Source of the DNA: Mobula hypostoma
Taxonomy: Eukaryota
Direction of reading: 5' to 3'
DNA: 57,593 nt
NCBI RefSeq assembly: GCF_963921235.1
Contig: NW_026948187.1
Location: forward strand, 7,316,001 to 7,373,593
Position numbers and translations under genes: made by a program. The notes under the pieces are model-generated. The model was not told where the DNA came from. It worked only from the letters and a program-made list of their open reading frames with translations, and searched no databases. Positions within the stretch are counted from its first letter, which is position 1. Every line of letters begins with the position of its first letter. This document shows, in pieces, positions 11,443 through 21,915 of this stretch.

Positions 11443-11919
11443 GTCAATGAATCTGGCTCGAAGCCCCTTTGAAAGTTAAGCCCCGGGCAGGAACACGGGT
11501 CGGGGGATAAAGGTACATTAATATCTGGGGATGATATCCGATAAGGGAGTTGGTCTCCCTGCTCCGCAATCCCCCGTTCAACCTCAACTTCCGGTGCTGT
11601 TAGCATCTGTGCCTGGAACCTGGACTGCCCCTCTGACTTCCCCGGGATCTCACGTTCCTCCCGCGGTCTCAGGGAGAAATAAAAATGCAAAAAGGAAGAA
11701 TAGGGTTGGTGCGCGCGGATGTCCTTCAGTTGGATAGAGGCCTCAGTCGAGGAAACAGAGTCCAGAAATTATGATTCAGCTTTACAAGACTGCAGTTAGA
11801 GGGTAGACCAGTACGGTGCAGCTCAGGCCCTTCGGCCCACAATGCCGTGCTGTCCACTCCGCCTGCTTTCAGATCAATCTGCATGAAACCCTCATTATTT
11901 TCTATCATCCACGTCTCTA

Positions 11920-12811
11920 TCTGAGAGTTTTGAAATGTCCCGAAATCCGAACTGAGAGGGAGGAAGCTGTCCCTGGGACGTTGAGTGTGTGTCTCTTCGG
12001 GCTTCTGCACCCTACTCTCCCCGGTGGCAGAGATGAAGGCAAGCCCTGGGCGTCGAGAGCCAAGAAATGATAGAACAATAGAAACTACAGTACAGAAACA
12101 GGCCTTTTGGCCCTTCTTGGCTGTGCCGAACCAATTTCTGCCTAGTCCCACTGACCTGCACACGGACCATATTCCTCCATACACCTCCCATCCAAGTATC
12201 TGTCCAATTTATTCTCAAATGTTAAAAAAGAACCTGCATTTGCCACCTCGTCTGGCAGCTCATTCCATACTCCCACCACTCTCTGCGTGAAGAAGCCCCC
12301 CCTAATGTTCCCTTTAAACTTTTCCCCCCTCACCCAAAGCCCATGTCCTCTGTTTTTTTTCTTCCCTTGCCTCAGTGGAAAAAGCCTGCTTACATTCACT
12401 CTATCTGTACCCATCATAATTTTATATACCTCTATCAAATCTCCCCTCATTCTTCTACGCTCCAGGGAATAAAGTCCTAACCTATTTAACCTTTCTCTGT
12501 AACTGAGTTTCTCAAGTCCCGGCAACATCTTTGTAAACCTTCTCTGCACTCTTTCAACCTTATTTATATCCTTCCTGCATCTCCCTCTACAAACAGTTCC
12601 ACGTACCCGCCACAATAGAGAAAATATCTCTGACACCCACCCCCACCCCCAATACCTTCCTCTAATCACTTTAAATTTATGATCCCACCTCCGGTATTAG
12701 CCAAATTCTGAGAGTTTTGAAATGTCCCGAAATCCGAACTGAGAGGGAGGAAGCTGTCCCTGGGACGTTGAGTGTGTGTCTCTTCGGGCTTCTGCACCAT
12801 ACTCTCCCCGG
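11920..12811 (+). repeat. 105-bp direct repeat (11920-12024 and 12707-12811) bracketing an inverted CR1 fragment (~12065-12580)
   Basis: tctgagagttttgaaatgtcc...tactctccccgg occurs twice with one mismatch seen. Confidence 0.85.
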
Positions 12812-12839
12812 GGGAGAAAGGGTGCAGAATACGTCCATT

Positions 12840-15800
12840 TGGGGTACTCCCTGGATTAGAGGCATGTGCTAGAAGGAGAGGTTGGAAGCAGCGGAGATAA
12901 AGGAAAGACATCGCAGAGGTTTAAATAGTAATTTGATGAGAGACATCTGCTACGTTTTTCTACCAGAGTAAAAAGAGTAAACCTGGCAATTATCAGCGTG
13001 TGAGTTTGACGTCAGTGGTGGGTAAATTGATGGAAAGTATTCTTAGAAATGGTATATGTAATTATCTGGATAGACGGGGTCTGATTAGGAACAGTCAACA
13101 TGGATTTGTGCGTGGAAGGTCATGTCTGACAAATCTAATGAGTTTTTTGATGAGGTTACTAAGCAAGTAGACGAGGGTAAAGCGGTGGATGTTGTCTATA
13201 TGGACTTCAGTAAGGCCTTTGACAAGGGTCCACGCGGAAAGTTAGTTAGGAAGGTTCAGTCGTTAGGCATTAATATGGAAGTAGTAAAATGGATTCAGTA
13301 GTGGCTGGACAGGAGACGCCAGAGAGTAGTGGGGGATAACTGTGTTGTCAAATTGGCGTGTAGCGGTGTGCCTCAGGGATCTGTACTGGGTCCAATGTTG
13401 TTTGTAATATATATTAATAATTTGGATGATAGGGTGGTAAATTGGATGAGTCAGTATGCAGATGATACTAAGATAGGTGGAGTTGTGGATAATGAAGTAG
13501 GTTTTCAAAGCTTGCAGAGAGATTTAGGCCAGTTAGAAGAGTGGGCTGAAAGATGGCAGATGGAGTTTAATGCTGAAAAATGTGAGGTGCTACATTTGGG
13601 TAGAACTAATCAAAATAGGACATACATGGTAAATGGTAGGGCATTAAAAAATGCTGTAGAACAGAGGGATCTAGGAATAATGGTGCATAGTTCTATGAAG
13701 GCGGAATCTCATGTGGAGAGGGTGGTGAAGAAAGCTTTTGGTATGCTGGCCTTTATTAATCAGCGCATTGAGTATAGGAGTTGGGATGTAATGTTGAAAT
13801 TGTACAAGGCATTGTTAAGGCCAAATCTGGAGTATTATGTACAGTTCTGTTCACCGAATTATAGGAAAGATGACAACAAAATTGAGAGAGTACGGAGGCG
13901 GTTTACTAAAATGTTGCCTGGGTTTCATCACCTAAGTTACAGAGAAAGGTTGAACAAGTTTGGTCTTTATTCTCTGGAGCGTAGAAGGTTGAGGGGGGAC
14001 TTGATAGAGGTGTTTAAAATTATGAGGGGGATTGATAGAGTTGACGTGGATAGGCTTTTTCCATTGAGAGTGGGGGAGATTCAAACAAGAGGACATGAGT
14101 TGAGAGTTAAAGGGCAAAAGTTTAGGGGTAACACGAGGGGGAACTTCTTTACTCAGAGAGTGGTAGCTGTGTGGAACGAGAAGTGGTCGAGGCAGGTTCG
14201 ATGTTGTCGTTTAAAGTTAAATTGGATAGATATATGGACAGGAAAGGAATGGAGGATTATGGGTTGAGTGCAGGTCGGTGGGACTAGGTGAGAGTAAGAG
14301 TTCGGCACGGACTAGAAGGGCGAGATGGCCTATTTCTGTGCTGTAATTGTTATATGTTTCTACGGTTATATTTCCAGCATCTGCAGATTCTCTCTTGTTT
14401 GCGATCAAAGTTCAAAGTTCAAAGTGCAAAGCTAATTATATTATTGAAGTACAGGGTGTGTCACTATGTGTTATTCAGCAAATCTACACTATAACAAGAT
14501 CAATGAAAGATCGCCCATAGTGCAGAGGACAAGAGACTGTGCAAATGCAAATGTAAATAAATAGCAAGAAATGACGAGAACATGAGATAAAGTGTCCTTC
14601 AATCTTCTGCCGAGGTTAACTCTGCGGCTGAGAAGGCAGACGGTGCATTGGCCTTCATCAATCGTAGGATTGAGTTCAGGAGCCGAGAGGTAATGTTGTA
14701 ACTATATAGGACCCTGGTCAGACCCCACTTGGAGTACTGTGCTCAGTTCTGGTCCCCTCACTACAGGAAGGATGTGGAAACCATAGATATTATTATATTA
14801 TATTAATATATATAGTCATATATATTAATGATCTGGATGACGGGGTGGTAAATTGGATTAATAAGTATGCAGATGATACTAAGATAAGTGCAGTTGTGGA
14901 TAATGAAGTAGGTTTTCAAAGCTTGCAGAGAGATTTAGAGCATAGAACCATAGAAACTACAGCACAGAAACGGGCCTTTTGGCCCTTCTTGGCTGTGCCG
15001 AACCATTTTCTGCCTAGTCCAACTGACCTGCGTACGGACCATATCCCTCCATACACCTCCCATCCATGTATCTGTCCAATTTATTCTTAAATGTTACAAA
15101 AGAACCCGCATTTACCACGTCGTCTGGCAGCTCATTCCATACTCCCACCACTCTCTATGTGAAGAAGCCCCCCCCAATGTTCCCTTTAAACTTTTCCCCC
15201 CCTCAACGTTAACCCATGTCCCCTGGTTTTTTTCTCCCCTTGCCTCAGTGGAAAAAGCCTGCTTGCATTCACTCTATCTATACCCACCATAATTTTATAT
15301 ACCTTTATCAAATCTCCCCTCATTCTTCTACCATTTAGAAGAGTGGGCTGAAAGATGGCAGATGGAGTTTAATGCTGAAAAATGTGAGGTGCTACATTTC
15401 GGTAGAACTAATCAAAATAGGACATACATGGTAAATGGTAGGGCATTAAAAAATGCTGTAGAACAGAGGGATCTAGGAATAATGGTGCATAGTTCTATGA
15501 AGGCGGAATCTCATGTGGAGAGGGTGGTGAAGAAAGCTTTTGGTATGCTGGCCTTTATTAATCAGCGCATTGAGTATAGGAGTTGGGATGTAATGTTGAA
15601 ATTGTACAAGGCATTGTTAAGGCCAAATCTGGAGTATTATGTACAGTTCTGTTCACCGAATTATAGGAAAGATGACAACAAAATTGAGAGAGTACGGAGG
15701 CGGTTTACTAAAATGTTGCCTGGGTTTCATCACCTAAGTTACAGAGAAAGGTTGAACAAGTTTGGTCTTTATTCTCTGGAGCGTAGAAGGTTGAGGGGGG

Positions 15801-16160
15801 ACTTGATAGAGGTGTTTAAAATTATGAGGGGGATTGATAGAGTTGACGTGGATAGGCTTTTTCCATTGAGAGTGGGGGAGATTCAAACAAGAGGACATGA
15901 GTTCAGAGTTAAAGGGCAAAAGTTTAGGGGTAACACGAGGGGGAACTTCTTTACTCAGAGAGTGGTAGCTGTGTGGAACGAGAAGCGGCTGAGGCAGGTT
16001 CGATGTTGTCATTTAAAATTAAATTGGATAGATATAGGGACAGGAAAGGAATGGAGGGTTATGAGGGCTGAGTGCAGGTCGGTGGGACTAGGTGAGAGTA
16101 AGAATTCGGCATGGACTAGAAGGGCCCAGATGGCCTGTATCCGTGCTGTAATTGTTATAT
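12840..16160 (+). mobile_element. Composite CR1 block: RT-containing CR1 (to ~14350), spacer, CR1 pieces, inverted CR1 (~14940-15330), second near-identical CR1 copy (~15335-16160)
   Basis: ORF 13329-14267 has [13 protein letters not shown]...YADDTK; ORF 15362-16213 nearly repeats its C-terminal part. Confidence 0.88.
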
Positions 16161-16248
16161 GGTTATATAGCAGTGTGGAAATGGCGAGTTCCAAAGTTCA
16201 AAGTTCAAAGTAAATTTATTATCATAGTGTACATATATACACACACAC

Positions 16249-16293
<45 letters not shown>

Positions 16294-16569
16294 CGAAATT
16301 CATTTTCTTGCGGGCACCCTGGATATTATAATAATAAATAATTAACAGAGCAATAACCATAACAGAACCATAAAGAGCGCGCCAACTTGGGCGTTCAGCC
16401 AGTTTGCAAAAGTCAACAGACTGGGCAAATACGAAAATAAAGAAATAATAATAACAAGTAAAAAGTAAGCAACAAATATCGAAGCATAAGTGAGACGGGA
16501 GCTTGTGGGAAGAGATCGGGAATGGGGCAAGTGAGGTTGAGAGAAGTTATCCCCTTTGGTTCAAGAGTC

Positions 16570-16990
16570 TGATGGTTGAGAGTTAATAACTTTCCCTGAC
16601 ACTGGTAGGGTGAGTCCTGAAGTTCCTGTACCTCCTTCCTGCTGGATGTGGGTTAATAACTGTTTCTGAACCTGGTTGTGTGGGTCCTGAGGCTCCTGTA
16701 CCTCCTTTCTGATGGTTGAGGGGTGATAACTGTCCCTGAACCTGGTGGTGTGGGTCCTGAGGCTCCTGTACCTCCTTCCTGATGGTCGAGGGGTGATAAC
16801 TGGTTCCTGAACCTGGTTGTCTGGGTCCTGAGGCTCCTGTACCTCCTTCCTGATGGTTGAGAGGTAATAACTGTTCCTGAACCTGGTGGCGTGGGACCCG
16901 AGGCTCCTGTACCTCCTTCCTGATGGTCGAGGAGTAATAACTGTTCCTGACCCTAGTGGTGTGGGTCCTGACGCTCCCGCACCGTTTTGG
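16570..16990 (-). repeat. 70-bp tandem array (~6 copies) derived from the 3' end of a Rex1/Babar-like LINE
   Basis: The tgggtcctga motif recurs at 16611, 16681, 16751, 16822, 16892 and 16962. Confidence 0.85.
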
Positions 16991-17309
16991 TCCGGTGGCA
17001 GGAGCGCGAAGAGAGCATGAGTTGGAGTGGTGGCGGTCCCTGATGATGGACGCTGCTCTCCGGCGTCAACGCTTCGCCTGTAAAAGTACTCCGTGGTGGG
17101 GAGGGCGTGCGCTTAAGGTGAGAGGGGCTGGCTTCAAAGGAAGTTAGAGGGGCGAGCATTATTTTTACCCGGAGACTGCTGGGCTGCCTGCAATGTGCTT
17201 TCAGGAGTGGCGGAGGAGACAGATACGATAGAGGCGTTTAGGAGGCGCGGGTGTGCAGGAGATGGAGGGAGGGCAAGTTCCGGCTGTCTAAAACTCTGCT
17301 CAGGCCCCA

Positions 17310-17640
17310 TCAATAGACAATAAACAATAGGTGCAGGAGTAGGCCATTCGGTCCTTCGAGCCAGCACCGCCATTCACTGTGATCATGGCTGATCATCCAC
17401 AATCAGTATCCAGTTCCTGCCTGATCCCCAAATCCCTTTGACTCCGCTATCTTTAAGAGCTCTATCCATCTCTTTCTTGAAAGCATCCAGAGACTTGGCC
17501 TCCACTGCCTTCTGGGGCAGAGCATTCCACATATCCGCCACTCTCTGGTTGAAAAAGTTTTTCCTCAACTCCGTTCTAAATAGCCTACCCCTTATTGTTA
17601 AACCGTGGCCTCTGGTTCTGGACTCACCCATCAGCGGGAA
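17310..17640 (-). mobile_element. CR1 3' fragment
   Basis: MFPLMGESRTRGHGLTIRGRLFRTELRKNFFNQRV. Confidence 0.8.
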
Positions 17641-17864
17641 CATCCGGAGTATTCGATTCAGTTCTAGCCGCCCCGTTACAGGATGGTTTTGTGTGTGTGT
17701 GTGTGTGTGGGGGGGGGGGGGATCGGATTTGTGGTTCACCAGGACGCTCCCTGGATTAGAGGGCATGAGCTGTAACGAGCGGCGGGGCAAAATTGGGTTG
17801 TTTTGGAGCATCATATGTAAACATGGAACAATTTTGCTTTACTTGATGGTTTACTGTTAGCCAG

Positions 17865-18175
17865 TGTTGGCGAGTGGCCAAGTGGTTAAGGCGTTGGTCT
17901 AATGATCTCAAGGTCGCCAGTTCGAGCCCCAGACGAGGCAGCGTGTTTGTGTCCTTGAGCAAGGCACTTAACCACACACATTGCTCTGCGACGGCACCGG
18001 TGCCAAGCTGTACGGGTCCGAATGCCCTTCCCTTAGACAGCATCGGTGGCGTGGAGAGGGGAGACTTGCAGCATGGGCAACTGCCGGCCTTCCGTACAAC
18101 CTTGCCCAGGCTTGCTCCCTGGAAACCTTGTAAGGCGCAAATCCATGGTCTCGCGAGACTAAAGGATCCCTATTA
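17865..18175 (+). mobile_element. tRNA-derived SINE (further copies ~27010-27120, ~29850-30162, partial ~46530-46620)
   Basis: Pol III A box TGGCCAAGTGG 17875-17885, B box GTTCGAGCC 17920-17928, then gtgtccttgagcaaggcacttaacc (CORE-like); no tRNA acceptor stem. Confidence 0.8.
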
Positions 18176-18589
18176 CCTTTAGACAGGGACCTGGGTGTGC
18201 AGGGAATGGCGGTGGTGGCGGGTTGACATTGAGCTGGCAGGAAGGATTTGGTTTAGTTGGGCCTGTTAATTACTGAGAAGCCTGTTCTGTGCTGTACTTT
18301 TCCACGTTTTGGCTGACGAAGGTGTGGTTAACAAGGAGGACTGTCAAAAAGACGCCGTCAGAGAAATGGATGATGGAGTTACGTCCGGGCCATTGTGAGA
18401 TGGTGCATTTTGAGGAGGCTTGCCCTGATTAGTCCAGGCCCTGAGTCCAAGGGTCCCGAAGCCGAGTTGTAACATTCTGAAACTCTGGTTAGGCCGCATC
18501 TGGAGAACTGCGTTCAGTTCCGTTCCGGCCGTCCCAAAGTGGGAAGGGGACGCGGGAGTCCCAGCGCAGGACACCCTAGAAGGTGAAAC

Positions 18590-19190
18590 TGGCAGGTTGA
18601 GTCGGTGAGGAAGGCAAATGCAATGATAGCATTCATTTCAAGAGGTCCAGAACACAAGAGCGGGGATGTGATGCTGAGGGTTTGTAAGGCACTGGCGAGG
18701 CCTCGCCTAGAGAGTTGTGAGCAGTTTTGGGCTCTACATCGAATAAAAGATGCGCTGGTATTGGGGAGGGTCCAGAGGAGGTTCAGAAGGATAATTCCGG
18801 GAATGAATCATGAGGGAAGTTTGATGGCTCTGGGTCTGTGCTCGCTGGAATTTAGGAGGATAATTATTTATTATTACAATATCGAGGGAGGGCGGATCTC
18901 AATGAGACCTTTCAAACGTTGAAAGGCCCGGACAGAGCAGATGCGGAAAGGATGTTGTGGGGGAATGTAGGACAAGGGGGCACAGAGTCAAGACGGAGGG
19001 GCGACCATTTAAAACGGAGATGCGGAGAAATTTCTTTCGCCAGAGGGTGGTGAATCTGTGGAATTTATAACCACAGGCAGCTGTGGAGGCCCGGTGTACG
19101 TAAGACAGAGCTTGACAGGTTCTTGATCGGACACGGCGTCAAAGGTTACGGAGAGAAGGCCAGGGAGTGGCGCTGAGGAGCCAGTAGGCC
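18590..19190 (+). mobile_element. CR1 3' fragment
   Basis: RKANAMIAFISRG...CKALARPRLESCEQFW. Confidence 0.8.
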
Positions 19191-19599
19191 CCTACAAATC
19201 CTTCACCGCCCCTGCATTCCTGTTTTCCCCCCCCCCCACCCCTCAGTGAGCCCTGTGCTCTGTTCCCCAGCACAACCTGTTAGTTATTGTGCGCGCCCTA
19301 CCTGAGTCCAGCACTTTGAAAGGGTGAGAAGCTGTAGGTAGGGTGGGATTAAGCTTGAGGGGGTGCGGAAATGATTCCTGGGAGATGTTGCCGGGACTTG
19401 GACGGGGGGTGGGGGTGGGCGGCGGTGGTGCTTGGGATGTAAGGAGAAAGTGGACGGAACAATTCATGAAATCATAATTACTTTCTTTTCAAATCCTATA
19501 TTATACAAAAGAAATAACACCAGTACATTGAAGTTGTTACTTACAATGTCTCAGAAAGACATTATCTTAAAGATTGAGAAAAAAGTTTGTGATAACAAA

Positions 19600-20420
19600 A
19601 AAAAACTCTACAAAGCAGAAAAAGTGATTTAAAAAAAAACAACCCGGAGCCACGCGTCATACAAAAAGCTTCTAAAAATAAACATCAAACCGCCAGCAAG
19701 AAAAGAAAATATACCCAAAAAATTTACAATTAGACCGTGGTAAAAGTCTATCAAATAGGTCAAATGATAATAACGAGCAAATGAGCCCCATCTTTTCTCA
19801 AAATCAAATAAAGGTTCAAAGGTTCGACTTCTAATTTTCTCCACACTAAGACATAGCATCACTTGAGAGAGCCATTCTGACAAAGTGGGAGCTGATGTAC
19901 CCTTCCACTTCAACAAAATGGCTCTCCTAGCTATCAATGTCCCAAATGCAATAACATGTTGGTCAGACACAGAAATACCATAAATATTTTGAGGAATATT
20001 TTGAGAAAATAAAACAGTTTTATTTGACCTCCTTATTGGGAGCTGCTTTACCTATACAATTAGCTAAAGTTGCTAATTTCAACCTATATCCTGTGATTAA
20101 GCAACACACATAAAAGTTGCTGGTGAACGCAGCAGGCCAGGCAGCATCTCTAGGAAGAGGTGCAGTCGACGTTTCAGGCCGAGACCCTCCTGTGATTAAG
20201 TATTCTTTACAAATTTGACTCCAGTTCCGCAATTTTTTCTAATCTTAAAAAATTTAAACTTTGCAGTTTAATTTATCGAAGTTACTTTTTTAAGCCTTCC
20301 TTGAATGATCCAGTCTTTTTTACTTTGGAAAAATAAATTCTGTTTTGGATTTATTTAAAGAAGGTAGATTGATGTCTGTTGAACAATTAATTGTTCATAC
20401 TCACACTTTCTGCAATACCT
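19600..20420 (-). mobile_element. L1/Tx1-type LINE 3' remnant, interrupted by a Penelope-derived insert
   Basis: IAFGTLIARRAILLKWKGTSAPTLSEWLSQVMLCLSVEKIRS in ORF 19629-19970. Confidence 0.7.
20102..20187 (-). mobile_element. 86-bp Penelope terminal-repeat fragment with 13-bp TSD
   Basis: Matches the 4340-4430 region; flanked by tcctgtgattaag at 20089-20101 and 20188-20200. Confidence 0.85.
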
Positions 20421-20749
20421 TCAAGTTAGACATTTTTTACAGAAATCATAATTACAACAGGGTCTTGACCAACTGAGCTCGGGACGGGCAAGGATTTAAT
20501 TGGGGCACGCGGATTTCAGGAAGTTGGACTGGGGCGGGACGTGCGCAATGACTGACAGGTGCCTGGGGTTGTGCGAAGGGGCAGAGAGAGGCACGGGGAT
20601 ACCGGTCCAGGGTTCCACTGAGAGCGGGGGTGGGGGCGGTAGAGGAGGCGGACTCCGTCGGACGGGGCAATGGCTGCAAATAGTTGGGGCATTCATGGCG
20701 TCGCTGAGATAGAATTGGAATTCTGCTCACCCAGTTAGAGAAAGGGTGG

Positions 20750-21280
20750 GTTGAGCTGCTGAGAGCGCGGTAAAGATTCACGGGGATGTTTACCAGGACT
20801 GGAAGGTTTGAGCAGCAAGGAGAGAGAGAGAGGGGGCAGACGTGGGACTGAGAGGAGGAGATAGAGGGGAGATCTTATTGAGCTGGGTCAGATCGGCCAT
20901 GATCTTGTTGGATGAAGACAGAGGCAGGAGAGCCGTTTTCACTGGGTAGGTGAGACTCGAACTAGGGGACAGAGCCCTCAAGATTCATGGGGGTGGGGAG
21001 TGGATTAAGGATGGAGATGAGGGGGAACCGCTTTTCCCAGAGAGTGGTGAATCTGTGGAATTCCCTGCCCCAACGAAGCACCGGAGGCTACCTCAGTAAA
21101 TATATTTAAGGCAAGGTTGGATAGATTTTTGCGCAGTACGGGGAATTAAGGGCTATGGGGGGAAAGGCAGGTAGGTGGAGATGAGTCCGTGGTCAGATCA
21201 GCCGGTGATCTCATTGAATGGCGGAGCAGGCTCGACGGGACAGGATTTCCGACACCTGCTCCTATTTCTTATGTTCTTAT
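20750..21280 (+). mobile_element. CR1 3' fragment
   Basis: Degenerate RT C-terminal region and typical 3' UTR (ggcggagcaggctcg...ttcttatg). Confidence 0.7.
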
Positions 21281-21589
21281 GATCTCGCTCCCCCCCCCCA
21301 ACCACCCCTTTCTCATGCTGTGACCCCTCCCATGAAATCAGGAGCCCTTAAACCAGAGGCTGGGAATCCCCCCGTGGGTGAGCTTTTGCCGTGACACCGA
21401 CGGGATTTGGACCAGCACGGGCTACCGGCGGTGGGGGTCGACCTGATCGAGGTTCCAAAGAGAGTCACACCTCACACTTGATCACGTTGAACTCCATTCG
21501 CCGCTTTGGTGGTGCGTTTGTCTGCATATGTGGTATTGACACCTCCTCACTCCTTTTCTCCCAACACCCACCCCCCACCCCGCCTCTAG

Positions 21590-21915
21590 AGCACGAGCGG
21601 CAGAGCCCCAACGTCGTCCTGCTCCGATCGCGGACCGAAAGAGAGCCACGGTGGTATGCGTCATCTCCGGCTTCTACCCCGACAACATCAAGATCCGGTG
21701 GTGGGTGGAAGGGCTGGAGGTCCGGGCCGAAAATGCCGACATCCATACTGACCCCGAGGCGCTCAGCACGGACGGTAACAGGACGTTCAGCATCACCAGC
21801 CGTCTACGCCTGGACGCCGAGGAATGGAGATCCAAGTCGGTCGAGTGCCGGGTGGATCACTACCAGGAAGGGGAGGTGCCCAGGCCTTACAAAGCCGTGA
21901 TATACGTCCAAGATA
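21590..21915 (+). CDS. TRBC: TCR beta constant exon 1 (Ig C1 domain), frameshifted as assembled
   Basis: Acceptor ...cctctag at 21589, donor gtaagt at 21916. (E)HERQSPNVVLL lies in one frame and IADRKRATVVCVISGFYPDNIKIRW...SITSRLRLDAEEWRSKSVECRVDH...VQD in another. The C1-set Cys/Trp/Cys and GFYPD pattern are typical of TRBC. Confidence 0.93.

Noticed and set aside
1366-11472. Many long S/L/P-rich or E/R/G-rich ORFs (also 32234-33490 and 50394-51053)
   Set aside because: They are translations of CT/GA low-complexity tracts, which lack stop codons by composition.
13329-14267. Host reverse-transcriptase-like genes (also 52439-53362 and 56326-57159)
   Set aside because: 5'-truncated LINE fragments with family 3' tails and multiple near-identical copies; no sign of domestication.
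17865-17935. tRNA gene
   Set aside because: A and B boxes are present but there is no cloverleaf, and the sequence continues into a shared SINE body in several copies.
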